From: Macrostomum hystrix
Taxonomy: Eukaryota > Animalia > Platyhelminthes
NCBI GenBank assembly: GCA_950097015.1
Contig: CATNEN010000038.1
Location: 12,834,001-12,898,000 of the forward strand
Direction: 5' to 3'
DNA length: 64,000 nucleotides
Notes under the pieces: model-generated
Told to the model about the DNA's origin: nothing
What the model saw: the letters and a program-made list of their open reading frames with translations, nothing else
Database searches by the model: none
Shown here: piece by piece, positions 26,485 through 40,059 of the stretch
Numbering within the stretch: position 1 is the stretch's first letter
Layout: each line of letters starts with the position of its first letter
Translations under genes and position numbers: made by a program

Positions 26485-26925
26485 GGCATGAGGAATGGGG
26501 CAAGTTCACAAGGCACGAAGAGCCTGGCATGGGAGAATCGCATGAGGAATGAGGCAAGTTCACAAGGCACGAAGAGACTGGCATGGGAGAATCGCATGAG
26601 GAATGAGGCAAGTTCACAAGGCACGAAGAGCCTGGCATGGGAGAATCGCATGAGGAATGAGGCAAGTTCACAAGGCACGAAGAGACTGGCATGGGAGAAT
26701 CGCATGAGGAATGAGGCAAGTTCACAAGGCACGAAGAGACTGGCATGGGAGAATCGCATGAGGAATGAGGCAAGTTCACAAGGCACGAAGAGACTGGCAT
26801 GGGAGAATCGCATGAGGAATGAGGCAAGTTCACAAGGCACGAAGAGACTGGCATGGGAGAATCGCATGAGGAATGAGGCAAGTTCACAAGGCACGAAGAG
26901 ACTGGCATGGGAGAATCGCATGGGA
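26485..26925. repeat. 54-bp minisatellite (GCATGAGGAATGAGGCAAGTTCACAAGGCACGAAGAGACTGGCATGGGAGAATC)n
   Basis: 8 near-perfect copies, followed by a degenerate GGAGACTGGC-rich tail to ~27250. Confidence 0.95.
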
Positions 26926-27654
26926 ACAGTAGAGGGAAAAGAGCAGATGGAGATGGCAGTGTGAAGAATCGCAGAATGGGAGACTGTCAGGGTCAGAATG
27001 ACTGGCAGGAGGAGACTGGCGTGGGAGACTGGCAGGGGAGACTGGCAGGGGATAGTGACATGGGGAGACTGGAAGGGGAGACTAAGAGGATAAGAAAGGC
27101 ATCGGAGACTAGGACGGAAGAATGGCTATGGGAGACTGGCCGCATAGGGAGCAATGGAAGGGGAGAGAATGGTAGAGTAAGATTGGCCGTGGAGACTGGC
27201 AGGTGAGATCGTCAGGGTAAGAATGGCAGCTGGAAATGGCAGGTATAGATTGACAGTAAAAATAAAGAATCTAAATCAAGCGAAATGTTTCACGCACTAC
27301 TTAATAGTACACAAGGAGGCTCATAAAAAACATGCCTGATGTCAAGCTTAAACGCCCTAAATAAAATTGTTGGTCACATGAAACGCGGCTAAAACTGACA
27401 ATCCCGAAAGCTGCTCCACAATTCCTGCCTATATGGTAAATCAGCAGATTTAGTAAGCCCCTGAATTTAGGGAGCTCATGGCCTGGAAATATAAATGGGA
27501 TGGGCCAACTGAGCTCAAGCCACAATCAGATTAATGCTTCATGGTCGCTTCATTCACTCCAGTGAGCAATAAGACGGAGAGAATTGAGAATGGCTTCAGT
27601 CAGACAGACTATATGTTTATTAACATTGTGAGGGATGGAGGGAGGGAGGGCAGT

Positions 27655-28730
27655 GAGGGACTGATAGGCTAAGGGACTGAGAGACTGACGGACTGATAGG
27701 CTAAGGGACTGAGAGACTGACGGACTGATAGGCTAAGGGACTGAGAGACTGACGGACTGATAGGCTAAGGGACTGAGAGACTGACGGACTGATAGGCTAA
27801 GGGACTGAGAGACTGACGGACTGATAGGCTAAGGGACTGAGAGACTGACGGACTGATAGGCTAAGGGACTGAGAGACTGACGGACTGATAGGCTAAGGGA
27901 CTGAGAGACTGACGAACTGATAGGCTAAGGGACTGAGAGACTGAGACTGAAGGACTGAGAGACTGAAGGACTGAGAGACTGAAGGACTGAGAGACTGAAG
28001 GACTGAGAGACTGAAGGACTGAGAGACTGAAGGACTGAGAGACTGAAGGACTGAGAGACTGAAGGACTGAGAGACTGAAGGACTGAGAGACTGAAGGACT
28101 GAGAGACTGAAGGACTGAGAGACTGAAGGACTGAGAGACTGAAGGACTGAGAGACTGAAGGACTGAGAGACTGAAGGACTGAGAGACTGAAGGACTGAGA
28201 GACTGAAGGACTGAGAGACTGAAGGACTGAGAGACTGAAGGACTGAGAGACTGAAGGACTGAGAGACTGAAGGACTGAGAGACTGAAGGACTGAGAGACT
28301 GAAGAACTGAGAGACTGAAGGACTGAGAGACTGAAGAACTGAGAGACTGAAGGACTGAGAGACTGAAGAACTGAGAGACTGAAGGACTGAGAGACTGAAG
28401 AACTGAGAGACTGAAGGACTGAGAGACTGAAGGACTGAAGGACTGAGAGACTGAAGGACTGAGAGACTGAAGAACTGAGAGACTGAAGGACTGAGAGACT
28501 GAAGAACTGAGAGACTGAAGGACTGAGAGACTGAAGAACTGAGAGACTGAAGGACTGAGAGACTGAAGGACTGAGAGACTGAAGGACAGAGAGACTGAAG
28601 AACTGAGAGACTGAAGGACTGAGAGACTGAAGAACTGAGAGACTGAAGGACTGAGAGACTGAAGAACTGAGAGACTGAAGGACTGAGAGACTGAAGGACT
28701 AAGAGTGGGACTGAGAGTGGGACTGAGACA
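27655..28730. repeat. Compound satellite: 32-bp unit (GACTGATAGGCTAAGGGACTGAGAGACTGACG) switching to a 16-bp unit (GACTGAAGGACTGAGA)
   Basis: The switch is at ~27940. Both units are built on an 8-bp GACTGANN subunit. Confidence 0.96.
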
Positions 28731-31700
28731 CTCAGCTATCAAGCAATTGAGGATCAGAGCGGTACGCACGACAGGCAATGCAGTTTGAGAAGAGAAAACA
28801 AGAATTAGACCTAACGTTTGCCGTCTCTAACTTTGACCCAGATACTCGACATTTCACTCCGCCCAGCCGGCGGTGGGGCAATGCCGTGCAGTGAAGGCGC
28901 TGGCATTATTTTGGTTAGTTTCGGGCCAAGAAACCATCTGCCTTGGACGCTACTTTTGCCTCTTCCCATGCGTCAGTCTCCTCGGTGCTCTGTCTTCTCT
29001 TTCCCTCTTTCAGCCCAACTCTCCTAAGCCAGCAAATGCGCCGCTAATGTTTAGCATTTGGCCAACTGCCAGAAGTGAGCCGGCTGGGCGAGCTCAGTGA
29101 GAACGAGAATGGGATTGGAGATTGCGGGTGGAGACGGTCGAGAGAAGCATAGAGTTGAGAGTGAGCACAGGCTGGAATGAGGCTTTTTGTATTTTTTTCC
29201 CTAAGTTTTTTATTTCGACTCTTTTAACTTAGGATTTCATATCCCGCTGTGCATAGCCAAAGCCTATGAGCAGTATGGTGGACATTGTCACTGATCAGCT
29301 GAGCCTGTACTCGACACTTAACGAATTCAACTAGTCTGAACCGTTCAGTACGAAATTTTCGAAAGCCGACGTGTAAATGCAATCGTTCAGGTCAGCTAAT
29401 TCCGCTTCTCGCTAACAAAAGACACGGGAAAAGACTAAAGAAAAGCGAATTTTAGTCAAACAGAAGCGGAAGAATTGCTGTCGTTTTCCGTTTGTCCTTG
29501 TTTCCAGACCACTATAGGAGGAGGCTTCTAACGGAGAGGACCGCCGGTTAGGCAGGGCGTGGGAACGTCGGCCGCTGTTGAAGCCGCTTGGCTGTGTCCC
29601 AGAATTCGGTGCTCCTGTGCACAGTTTATTGAAAATGCGCCTTTTTCAATTTCTGTAAAGTACAAATTTGTGCACAAATTAGACTTGTTCTTGGCACTGT
29701 GATTGTGACTGAGTTTTTAGCAGCGCAATGCAATGCAATTCCAAATGGCTTTTCTTCTACTTTCGAGACTGTTGTGCGAAAACTTTTCTTTGGATCCCTA
29801 TCCCATAAAATATTATGGGATATGGGGAGTTATGGGATATCAAATAGATTTACTCGGGTGGGGACACGATTTAGTCTCAGCTTAGCTTTGACCTTCAAAT
29901 GAATTCAGCATATCTCGCAGCTCTGATTGTTGTGACCAAAAAACTGCTGAAAGAGATTCAGGCAGCGTGAAGCCGCTTTCTGGACACGACTGGGTTCAGC
30001 TAGTCCGATAGCCCCGCTGGCCACTGCTAAAATGGGCCCAAGCCTGTAGCAATGGCCAGTCACGCACCAACCCCCAATCCGACAACGCCTGGCGGCACGC
30101 GCCGGGAAAGGGGGGCCTGCTGCGCTGGAGGCCCACGTGCATCCACCGGCGGAGCTCTGCGCCTCCCTCCCAATAGCCCATTGCAGACGGGTACGGAGAG
30201 AGAAGCCATGCGCACACCGTGTGTAGCAGCGAACAGCCCCAGCCACCCTGCTATGCCGAACTGAAGGCCAAACAAGACACAATTTACTTTCTAAGCTAGG
30301 GGGAAACCATAGCGATAAGAGGCAGAGGGCGGGAGAGGACAGAAAGGAGGGAGGGGGGAGTGCAGAAGACGCCCACGGCCTCCTAAAGCAAGTCCAGCAT
30401 GCGCGTACACGCTGCATAGTGAGCTGCGTGCCATTGATCCAAGTGTGCGCTGATTTGGTAAGCTGACTGTACGGCCAAGCGGGGGTGGGGCGCGGCCCAC
30501 CGTCCTCTTCAAAGCCCAAACAGCTGATCGGGCTGTCTGGCTGGCGTCTCATTGGATACCGTTGGAGGCATGCTTTGAGGGGCATCGGCCTAGCATTCTC
30601 TCCCTCGGGTCTGTCTCGCGGCCTCTGGCTGCGCCACGTTAAACTCTCAGTCTGTCTGGCTGTCTGTCTTTTGCTTTGCAGCAGTTTGTGGCGCATAAAA
30701 GTGAGGCCCTTTAGAGCTGCTGAGGGGAGTCAACCATTCTTGTTTCAGATCAACGCAATCGTAAAAGAGTCAAGAATTCTTCAAAGGTAAGAACTGAACT
30801 GCTAAGCCCACCCGAATCGAGTGTCTCAGACAAAAATTGAATTTGAGAACAAATCTTCGACATTGTTTCGAGCGGAGACATCCGGTTCGGCTCTTCATGG
30901 GTAGCTCGATGATATTATAGTTGTCATCTGTCCGAGCTGCCTCATCAAGAGCTGCAACCGTCCCGCTTAGGCCAGCAGGATCCCAGCCCTGACTTGCCTG
31001 ACTTGCCTGCCCAATACACGGCTGACCACTCAGCCTCTGCTCAGCTGTGCTCCACCCTCCAAGCAGCCGGATCATTCTCCTACTTCGAATGAGCCGAGCT
31101 CTTAGAGAGCGCTGCCCCTAGATTCTGTGATTCTTGCGCAATTCTCTATGACGCTATCAAACGCGTACTTTCTGTACTCCATTTTTTGTTTAAAAATGCA
31201 TACGTTGCATTTTTACAATTCGCGCAACATACTACTTGCACAGCGCGAATTAAGTTTGTCCGCTTGCTAGTAGTATGTATGGCGTCTGCAGTGCCTTCAA
31301 GAGACAACAGCTTGGTAATTTGAAAACCCCACCCATTTTGATCTTAACTTGGTCAACAAAAAATAGACTATCGCATGAAAGTAGCTCCTTGTACTGACAG
31401 CTAGCAGCAGCAACAGCAGCAGCAGCCATCAGGGCCAAGCACGCAGGCTGAGCTGCCAGTGTAAGGGCTACTGGTCTGCGAGAGAGCAGCCCCACCCTAA
31501 ACCCATATTGTGACACCCCTGCTTCGTCTGCAGTGACTGCCGAGTCACCTGGTATCCCATTTCACAGTGCTATCCTGCCATCAGCACTTATTACATATAT
31601 TGGCTAGCTTTGATTTTGACACCCATGCTTTTGAGTTTCAATTTGTTTTAACACACGTGAATCTGTCTTCTAATTTCTTTATTTAAAAATATAAATAAGA

Positions 31701-31859
31701 ATAATATACATTGTTAACATTTCAATCAATGTATAACGATGCATCGGTTTTAAATATGTTCTGTAGATTTTCAATCGTGCTTAAATTGTTCTTTAAAATA
31801 GATCGAATGGGCGTGAATACGTAAGACTTTACCTGTCTTAGCCGTTCATCATACAGCAC

Positions 31860-32490
31860 AGCCCATCTAGTCCACTCCTCAGTCACCCATCCAGTCCATC
31901 CCCAGTCACCCATCCAGTCCATCCCCCAGTCACCCATCCAGTCCATTTCTCAGTCACCCATCCATGCAGTCACCCATCTAGTCCTTTCCTCAGCCATCCA
32001 TGTAGTCCATCCCTCAGTAATCCATCCAGTCCATCCCTCAGTCATCATTCCAGTCCACTCCTCAGTCATCCATCCAGTCCACTCCTCAGTCATCCCTCCA
32101 GTCCATCCCTCAGTCATCCATCCAGTCCACTCCTCAGTCATCCATCCAGTCCACTCCTCAGTCATCCATCCAGTCCACTCCTCAGTCATCCATCCAGTCC
32201 ACTCCTCAGTCATCCATCCAGTCCACTCCTCAGTCATCCATCCAGTCCACTCCTCAGTCATCCATCCAGTCCACTCCTCAGTCATCCATCCACTCCACTC
32301 CTCAGTCAAAAATCCAGTCCATCCCTCAGTCATCCATCCAGTCCATTCCTCAGTCTTCCATTCCAGTCCACTCCTCAGTCACCCATCCAGTCCACATCTC
32401 AGGATCGTCCATCCAGTCCACTCCCAAGTCCATCCCTCAGCCATCCCTCAGTCACCCATTCAGTCCATCCGTGAGCCATCCATGCAGTCA
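31860..32490. repeat. 24-bp minisatellite (CAGTCCACTCCTCAGTCATCCATC)n
   Basis: About 25 copies. Confidence 0.94.
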
Positions 32491-34164
32491 ACTCATTCTT
32501 AACAACCCAATTGATGTCATATATTTGCTCACGATTGATAACTTTCGGCTCGATGCTAAACTACTTGAGTCACCAAACGATATGTTGCCAGAAAATCATT
32601 GGAATTTTTCAGTCAGAAACAAAAGGCTTAGTTGGGCACAGAGAACAATATAACGATCGAGTGGGCAAAGTGCAGTGAAAAGACTGTATCTTTTCTGTAC
32701 TGCTGTTCTGCGGTGATAGGGCTTTAGGCCATAGAAGCCTTGCTATGTGGCTCCTTCAGATTCGGAGTAGAAAGAACTATGCACAGGAACGGCAGCGAAT
32801 TAAAACAGGATTTTTATGGATTGAAGAAAAACCGCTCATGATAAGCAAAAGTATTAAACATTTTACTGACTGAAAGGTAGCTTGTTTAAAATGTGGCCTT
32901 GAAGTTGCTATATATAAATAAAAACTATTAATGGCTTTATTTTGCATAATATTCATTTATGTCTAGTTGTGAGAAGACAATCTTCAAATTAGTTTTAAAC
33001 GCTATCGGACTTTAGCTCAAAAAGCACGGTAATAAAATCACTGACTGCATTGCAAATTTTCATTTTCTAAGAACTGGTCTAGTCCAGTTATTAATGGTTT
33101 AAGCTCGGCGAAACTAAGCTAATGAGACAATGATACCACAGCCGTTCCTATTGAAAATAGTTGCAAATAAACTTAGTCAGTCTTTTTAATTAAAGTTGAA
33201 CAGTTTTTATATTTTCATGATAAAAATGTAGATCTTTTTTATACTAAAAGAAAAACTAAAATATAACATTTCTAGTGTCATCTGTGTTAAATGAGTACAA
33301 TTCATGAATTTTATTAATTCAAAAACGTAATATACCGTTTTTAGTTTGTCTTGTATATAATGTGAAACAATATAATCTAATATTTGTAGGCCCGATATTT
33401 TATAATGTATAGCTAGTACAATACTATATGATATGAGTTTATGAGGAATTACTCAACGTTAGATTATTATTTTTATATATTAAATATATCCTAGATTTCA
33501 TGTAGGATATCATAATGCATTTATATAATGATGTATTCTATATTTCAGAAAGGCATATTCATTGTGAATGTATTAGCTAATATAGAAAGACACACAAGCT
33601 TTCCTTAGCTTTTCCATGGTTGACATTGTTATGTAATTAAAAAATTAATGTTAGGTTTAGATGTTTACTTGGCTTTTAGAGTTTCTGTCTCTCCTTTCTG
33701 AATTAAATTGTTAGGATTGTTTTTTATCTAGTGAATAATTTAAGGTTTTAAACTTTGCATAAAAATAAAGAAACTATAGATACCTAAACAATTGTCTGTT
33801 CTTTACAGAATCTCTAATCAGAAACAACTAGATGATTATGTTTTTGAAGCTACTGAAATTGAGCTTTTTTTCGTGGGAGTGTAAAACGTATTAGCGAAAT
33901 AAAATTCTGATAAGACGCCTATTGCTTCATTCAATTTTTTACATTAAAACATAGATTTTTAAAAGCTAAATTTTAAAGTGTTTAGTTAAATGGTAGAGCA
34001 GTCCACATTTTGGAATTATTTTCATAGCCTTCTGCAGGACAAGGCAGGCCAATTCAACATGTATACAATTTATCAGATCAGTTTTAGCAGCTTTAATAGG
34101 CTTACAAATCTTCGAAAAAGCTGCCAAAATGAACTGTGATTTCAGCCGCACCAGAGCACCCAGG

Positions 34165-37100
34165 ATGAGTCTGCTGCTTCTCCGCCGCCTTGTCCAGGCC
34201 TGCACTGCCCGCTCAATTCTGCATCCTCGCTTCATGCCACCGGCGCCTCTGACCTCAGCTTGCCTGGCCGCCTCATCAGGCACGTCCTGCAGTCCCGGCC
34301 TGAAGTCGGCTAGCCGACATGCCACCGTGGACGAAGGCAAGCGGGTGCTGACGCTACACGACGGCGGCGATCTCGATGCGGCAAGGCAGCTGCACTTTCC
34401 GCTGGCCTGGCTGCGAGACAACTGCCGCTGCAGCCGCTGTCACAATCCGCACTCCGACTCGAGACAGCTGCTCATGAACGACTTCGACCCGAGCTTGGGC
34501 CTCAAGGAGGCCTCCGTGAAGGACGGTCAGCTGCTGCTGGGCTGGGCTGACGGCCACCGCGGCTGCTTCCCCATCGACTGGCTGAAGGCGCGACACTTCA
34601 CCGAGGCCGGGCAGGTCTGTTTGCGGGTTTAAGCGCTTCCACTAAATAAAGACACTGCCGACCTTGATAATAACGGCTTTCGCCCTCCGCACAGGCTCCG
34701 CCGGAAGTGCGGCTGTCCAAGGCTCAGCCGAGACTATGGCGCGACAGGCCGTATCGTCCGGAGTTTCTGGATGGTCAAGCAGTGTTGTCCGAGGACGGGG
34801 CCCTGCTAGAGATGCTGCAGCGCCTGGAGCTGGACGGCCTCGTGTTCCTGGAGAACTGTGGCACCGACGAGAAGACGCTGAGCCGCCTCTGCCACCGAAT
34901 CGCCTACCCGCGGCAAACCCACTACGGCTCGATCTTCCGGGTCGAGTCCAAGGCCGGACCCAGCAACTTGGCCTACACAACTGGATGTCTGGGCTTTCAC
35001 TCCGACCTGCCCTACTTTCAGCACCAGCCAGATATTCAGGTGTGTCTTCACAACTGTCTTAAAGTCCTCTGTCAGTGTCTGCGAAATTCTGTACGAGCTA
35101 GTTTGTTAGTAAAGCTCATTAGTTGAACTCAAAGTTAAACTTATTTAAAAACTGTAAAATGTTCTTTTAGTCATAATTAACAAAAAAGTTTTTTCATCAG
35201 TGAATTTGCGTCTGTGTGTTAGTCTCTCTTCTGTTCAGTCCAATCCAAAGGCTAAAGTCAGCTTTGCATCAGATTTATATCTATCTCGTACCTAATTGGT
35301 GAACAAGGAAAACCTGCTGACTTGTTGCTGAACTCTGCAACAACCTTTTAAGAATTGCCTTGAACTTTCAAGTTTGACCCCTGTACTGTCCGACGAACTT
35401 TGTCCATCATTTTGGCAAGTTTGCTTAACTGACAATCAGCCGTTGGCTGATAAGACTTCAGAACGTACATTTTGTCGGTAAAACTGCCTGACTCGATAGC
35501 GGTGGGGATATCCGACGTTTGTGTTGTTGTATCAACTCTGGATTGCTCAAGAAAAGCTATGATGAGTCATGAGAAGCTCTGATGAGTCAGGAGAAGCTCT
35601 GACGAGTCAGGAGAAGCTCTGACGAGTCAGGAGAAGCTCTGATGAGTCAGGAGAAGCTGTAATGAGTCAGGAGAAGCTCTGACGAGTCAAGAGAAGCTCT
35701 GACGAGTCAGGAGAAGCTCTGATGAGTCAGGAGAAGCTCTGACGTGTCAGGATATGCTGTAATGTGTCAGGAGAAGCTGTAATGAGTCAGGAGAAGCTCT
35801 GACGAGTCAGGAGAAGCTCTGACGAGTCAGGAGAAGCTCTGACGAGTCAGGAGAAGCTCTGATGAGTCAGGAGAAGCTGTAATGAGTCAGGAGAAGCTCT
35901 GACGAGTCAAGAGAAGCTCTGACGAGTCAGGAGAAGCTCTGATGAGTCAGGAGAAGCTCTGACGTGTCAGGATATGCTGTAATGTGTCAGGAGAAGCTGT
36001 AATGAGTCAGGAGAAGCTGTAATGAGTCAGGAGAAGCTGTAATGTGTCAGGAGAAGCTGTAATAAGTCAAGAGAAGCTGTAATGAGTCAGGAGAAGCTGT
36101 AATGAGTCAGGAGAAGCTGTAATGAGTCAGGAGAAGCTGTAATGAGTCAGGAGAAGCTGTAATGTGTCAGGAGAAGCTGTAATAAGTCAAGAGAAGCTGT
36201 AATGAGTCAGGAGAAGCTGTAATGAGTCAGGAGAAGCTGTAATGAGTCAGGAGAAGCTCTGACGAGTCAGGAGAAGCTCTGATGAGTCAGGAGAAGCTGT
36301 AATGAGTCAGGAGAAGCTCTGACGAGTCAAGAGAAGCTCTGACGAGTCAGGAGAAGCTCTGATGAGTCAGGAGAAGCTCTGACGTGTCAGGATAAGCTGT
36401 AATGTGTCAGGAGAAGCTGTAATGAGTCAGGAGAAGCTGTAATGAGTCAGGAGAAGCTGTAATGAGTCAGGAGAAGCTGTAATGAGTCAGGAGAAGCTCT
36501 GACGAGTCAGGAGAAGCTCTGATGAGTCAGGAGAAGCTCTGACGTGTCAGGAGAAGCTCTAGATGTTCCAGAAACGTTCTAGGTGATGAAATCGCATCAA
36601 TAGATACAGCATCGTGAGCATCTGTTTCCTCTCGCCTCTGCCGCAGCTGTTGCACTGCATACGGCAGACTCGCCAGTCGCCTGGAGGTGAAAATGGCTTC
36701 GCCGATGCCTTCTCCGCCGCTGAGTTGTTGCGCGACCGTCGGCCGGATCAGTTCCACCTGCTGTCCACCGTTCAGACTGACTTTCGCGACAAGAACTCGG
36801 ACGACCTTGACAGATTCCACCTGATTCAACGCCACCCGACGCTTGAGCTGGGCAGCGATGGTCGGGTTCGTCGAGTTCACCTGAGCAATCAGCAGCGCGA
36901 CTCGGTGCTGCGACTGCCGCTGGGTCAGGTCCAGGTGAGCCTCGAGTTCTTAGAATGCTGGGTTTAAGCTTGCGCGAGTTAAAATAGCAAATTCCGAATT
37001 CCAGGCCTACTACGATGCCCTGAAAGCCTTCAACAGTCTGCTGTACGACCCCGGCCACAGCCTGAAACAGCGGCTGTCAGACGGCCAGCTGGTGGCTTTC

Positions 37101-37217
37101 GAGAACGGCCGCGTGCTGCACTCGCGCACCGCCTACCAGGGCGACCGGCTGTTTCTGGGCGCCTACCTCAGCTGGGACGAGACCCTGTCCAGGCGGCGTG
37201 TGCTGCAGGGACTGTGA
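34165..37217 (+). CDS. BBOX1: Gamma-butyrobetaine dioxygenase-like (Fe/2-oxoglutarate, carnitine biosynthesis), ~431 aa; exons 34165-34614, 34695-35039, 36647-36934, 37005-37217
   Basis: Zn-site WLRDNCRCSRC...WADGH, THYG..SNLAYT..LGFHSDLPY (HxD), LLHCI, GGEN.FAD, FENGRVLHSR (distal His) and GAYL. All introns are GT-AG, phase 0. Confidence 0.9.
35553..36562. repeat. 20-bp minisatellite (GAGAAGCTCTGATGAGTCAG / GAGAAGCTGTAATGAGTCAG)n in BBOX intron 2
   Basis: About 50 copies with repeated blocks of variants. Confidence 0.97.
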
Positions 37218-37952
37218 ATGAGTTCATCAGGTGTGCTGATCAGGTCAGGTGTGCTAATGAGTTGGTCAGGTGCGCTAATGAGTTGCTCAGGTGTACTAAT
37301 TATTTGTTCAGGTGTGCTAATGTGGTCAGGTGTGCTAATGATTTTATTTATGGTGTGCTAATGAGTTTTGTATGGTGTGCTAATGAGTTGATCAGGTCTG
37401 CTAATGAGGTCAGGTGTGGTAATGAGGTCAGGTGTGCTAATGAGTTGATCAGGTCTGCTAATGAGGTCAGGTGTAGTAATGAGGTCAGGTGTGGTAATGA
37501 GGTCAGGTGTGGTAATGAGGTCAGGTGTGGTAATGAGTTCAGGTGTGCTAATGAGTTCAGGTGTGCTAATGAGTTCAGGTGTGCTAATGAGTTCAGGTGT
37601 GCTAATGAGTTCAGGTGTGCTAATGAGTTCAGGTGTGGTAATGAGGTCAGGTGTGCTAATGAGTTGATCAGGTCTGCTATCAGGTCAGGTCAGGTCAGGT
37701 CAGGTGTGGTAATGAGGTCAGGTGTGGTAATGAGGTCAGGTGTGGTAATGAGGTCAGGTGTGCTAATGAGGTCAGGTGTGCTAATGAGTTCAGGTGTGCT
37801 AATGAGTTCAGGTGTGCTAATGAGTTCAGGTGTGCTAATGAGTTCAGGTGTGCTAATGAGTTCAGGTGTGCTAATGAGTTCAGGTGTGCTAATGAGTTCA
37901 GGTGTGCTAATGAGTTCAGGTGTGCTAATGAGTTCAGGTGTGCTAATGAGTT
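37217..37952. repeat. 18-bp minisatellite (AATGAGTTCAGGTGTGCT)n starting at the BBOX stop codon
   Basis: About 38 copies. ORF 37214..37972 is a by-product. Confidence 0.95.
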
Positions 37953-38344
37953 GGTATGTGAATCTAAGATAAAGCTACTTCTTCGTAGCTGTTGTCGCAA
38001 GGTGCTCCCAATCTGAAAGCTCGCGAAGCTTTTCATTGTACAAATTGCATTAGTCCTTTTGGACCTCAGAGTTTTGATAACTTTTGGGCCTCTCTGCTTG
38101 CGTTCAGTAGAACTAAATTTTATTTTATAGAACTCAAATTTAACACAAAAGGATAGTCGTTAGAGATTTTGCGCTATTTTATGATTGCTTTCATGAGCAA
38201 TTTAAAATGCAAATATAGCAGCGAAAACTGTGCTAATGGAAATTCAGGGATATATATTTTGTTATTAAAAGATTTTAATTGTATTGCAAATAAAAACTCT
38301 TGCAAATTATTGTTGCCTCGGCATATTATTGATATTTTAGAAAA

Positions 38345-39325
38345 TGTACTTCAGATTGAATATACTTCAGATAAAATATACTTCAGATAAAATATACTTC
38401 AGATAAAATATACTACAGATGGAATATACTTCAGATGGAATATGCGAGTACCTCCAATGGAATTTACTTGACTTAAAATTTCTTCAGAAAAAATACTTTA
38501 GATGGAATATAATTCAGATACGTAAGATGGAATATATACTTCAGATGGAATAACTTCAGATTGAAAATACTATACATGGAGTATTCTTTAGGCTAAATAT
38601 ACTTCCGATGGAATACACTTCCGATGGAATACACTTCCGATGGAATTTAATTACGATGGAATATATTTCCGATGGAATTTAATTACGATGGAATATACTT
38701 CTGATGGAACACACTTCAGATGGAATTTAATTACGATGGAATATACTTCAGATGGAATTTAATTACGAAGGAATATATTTCCGATGGAATTTAATTACGA
38801 TGGAATATATTTCCGATGGAATTTAATTACGATGGAATATACTTCTGATGGAACACACTTCAGATGGAATTTAATTACGATGGAATATACTTCAGATGGA
38901 ATTTAATTACGATGGAATATACTTCAGATGGAATTTAATTACGATGGAATACACTTCCGATGGAATTTAATTACGATGGAATATACTTCCGATGATTATA
39001 CGCAAGATGGAATATATACTTCAGATGGAATAACTTCAAATAGAAAATACAATAGATAAAATTTACTTCAGGCAAAATATAGTTCCGATGGAATAAACTT
39101 ACGAAGGAATATACTTCCGATTGAATACACTTCCGATGGAATTACTTCAGATGTAATATGCTTCAGATGTAATAAACTTTAAATGGATATAATTTAAATG
39201 GAATACACTTTAGATAGAAAATACTTCAGATGGAATGTAATTCAGAAAAAAATATTTCACACATAACTTTCTTCAAATAGAAAATACTTCAGATAGAATC
39301 AGAAGATCTGCTACTTTAGATGGAC
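38345..39325. repeat. ~16-bp degenerate minisatellite (GATGGAATATACTTCA)n
   Basis: Homogeneous core at 38600-38990 with diverged flanks. Confidence 0.92.
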
Positions 39326-39784
39326 TACACCATTAGACTTTTTGTCAAGGTACGAATAGTTCAAATGTGAATAGAAATTCATAACACACGCACATTCTCA
39401 CACACAGACTTATAATAGTCAGTAACCAAAAACCAGTACTAACTGTATAGACAGTGCCCACAATAGCAACAGGTCCCGTGCAATGCCACAGGGCTCTGAT
39501 CCACTGTAGCCACTGCATGGCTTCGCAGAATAGTAGAAGCACAAAACACAGAGGCCCTGATATTTTTTATGTAGAGATTGTAATAGAGTTCAAAAACAAA
39601 CTAACCAACCAATCCAAGACAATACGACTGTCTCACTATAATTAGGCTGAGATGAAACTTTTTTTGTCAATTTTTTCTCGCCGAATAAAACCTAGAAACT
39701 CGAGGGTCTCCTAATTCCTTAGTTCTTTCTTGTCTTGCTCCAATTTTATCTTGGCCTCAAAATTGCAACTACTCAACTGTGACG

Positions 39785-40059
39785 ATGAGTCGGCAGATAC
39801 TGCAAGGACTGTGCCGAATTCAGCAACAGACTCAGCTACTGTGGTGCTTTTCAAGTGCAGCCGCATCTGCAGCCTCTGCTGTAAGAGCTGGCAAGCAAGC
39901 TCTCTCAACCTCCAGCAGTACCGGCATGAGGTTCGCTAGCCGACACGACACCGTGGACGAAGTCAAGCGGGTGCTGACGCTGCACGACAGTTTACTGGCG
40001 CCTACCTCAGCTGGGACGAGACCCTGTCCAGGCGGCGTGTGCTGTAGGGACTGTGAATG
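39785..40059 (+). pseudogene. Internally deleted BBOX-like duplicate (5' exon-1 segment fused to the last codons)
   Basis: 39936-39988 matches 34310-34362, and 39997-40059 matches 37158-37220 including the stop and AATG. The fusion is out of frame. Confidence 0.85.

Noticed and set aside
29905-30696. 263-aa minus-strand ORF
   Set aside because: No recognisable domain or consistent codon bias. Likely a chance ORF in GC-rich DNA.
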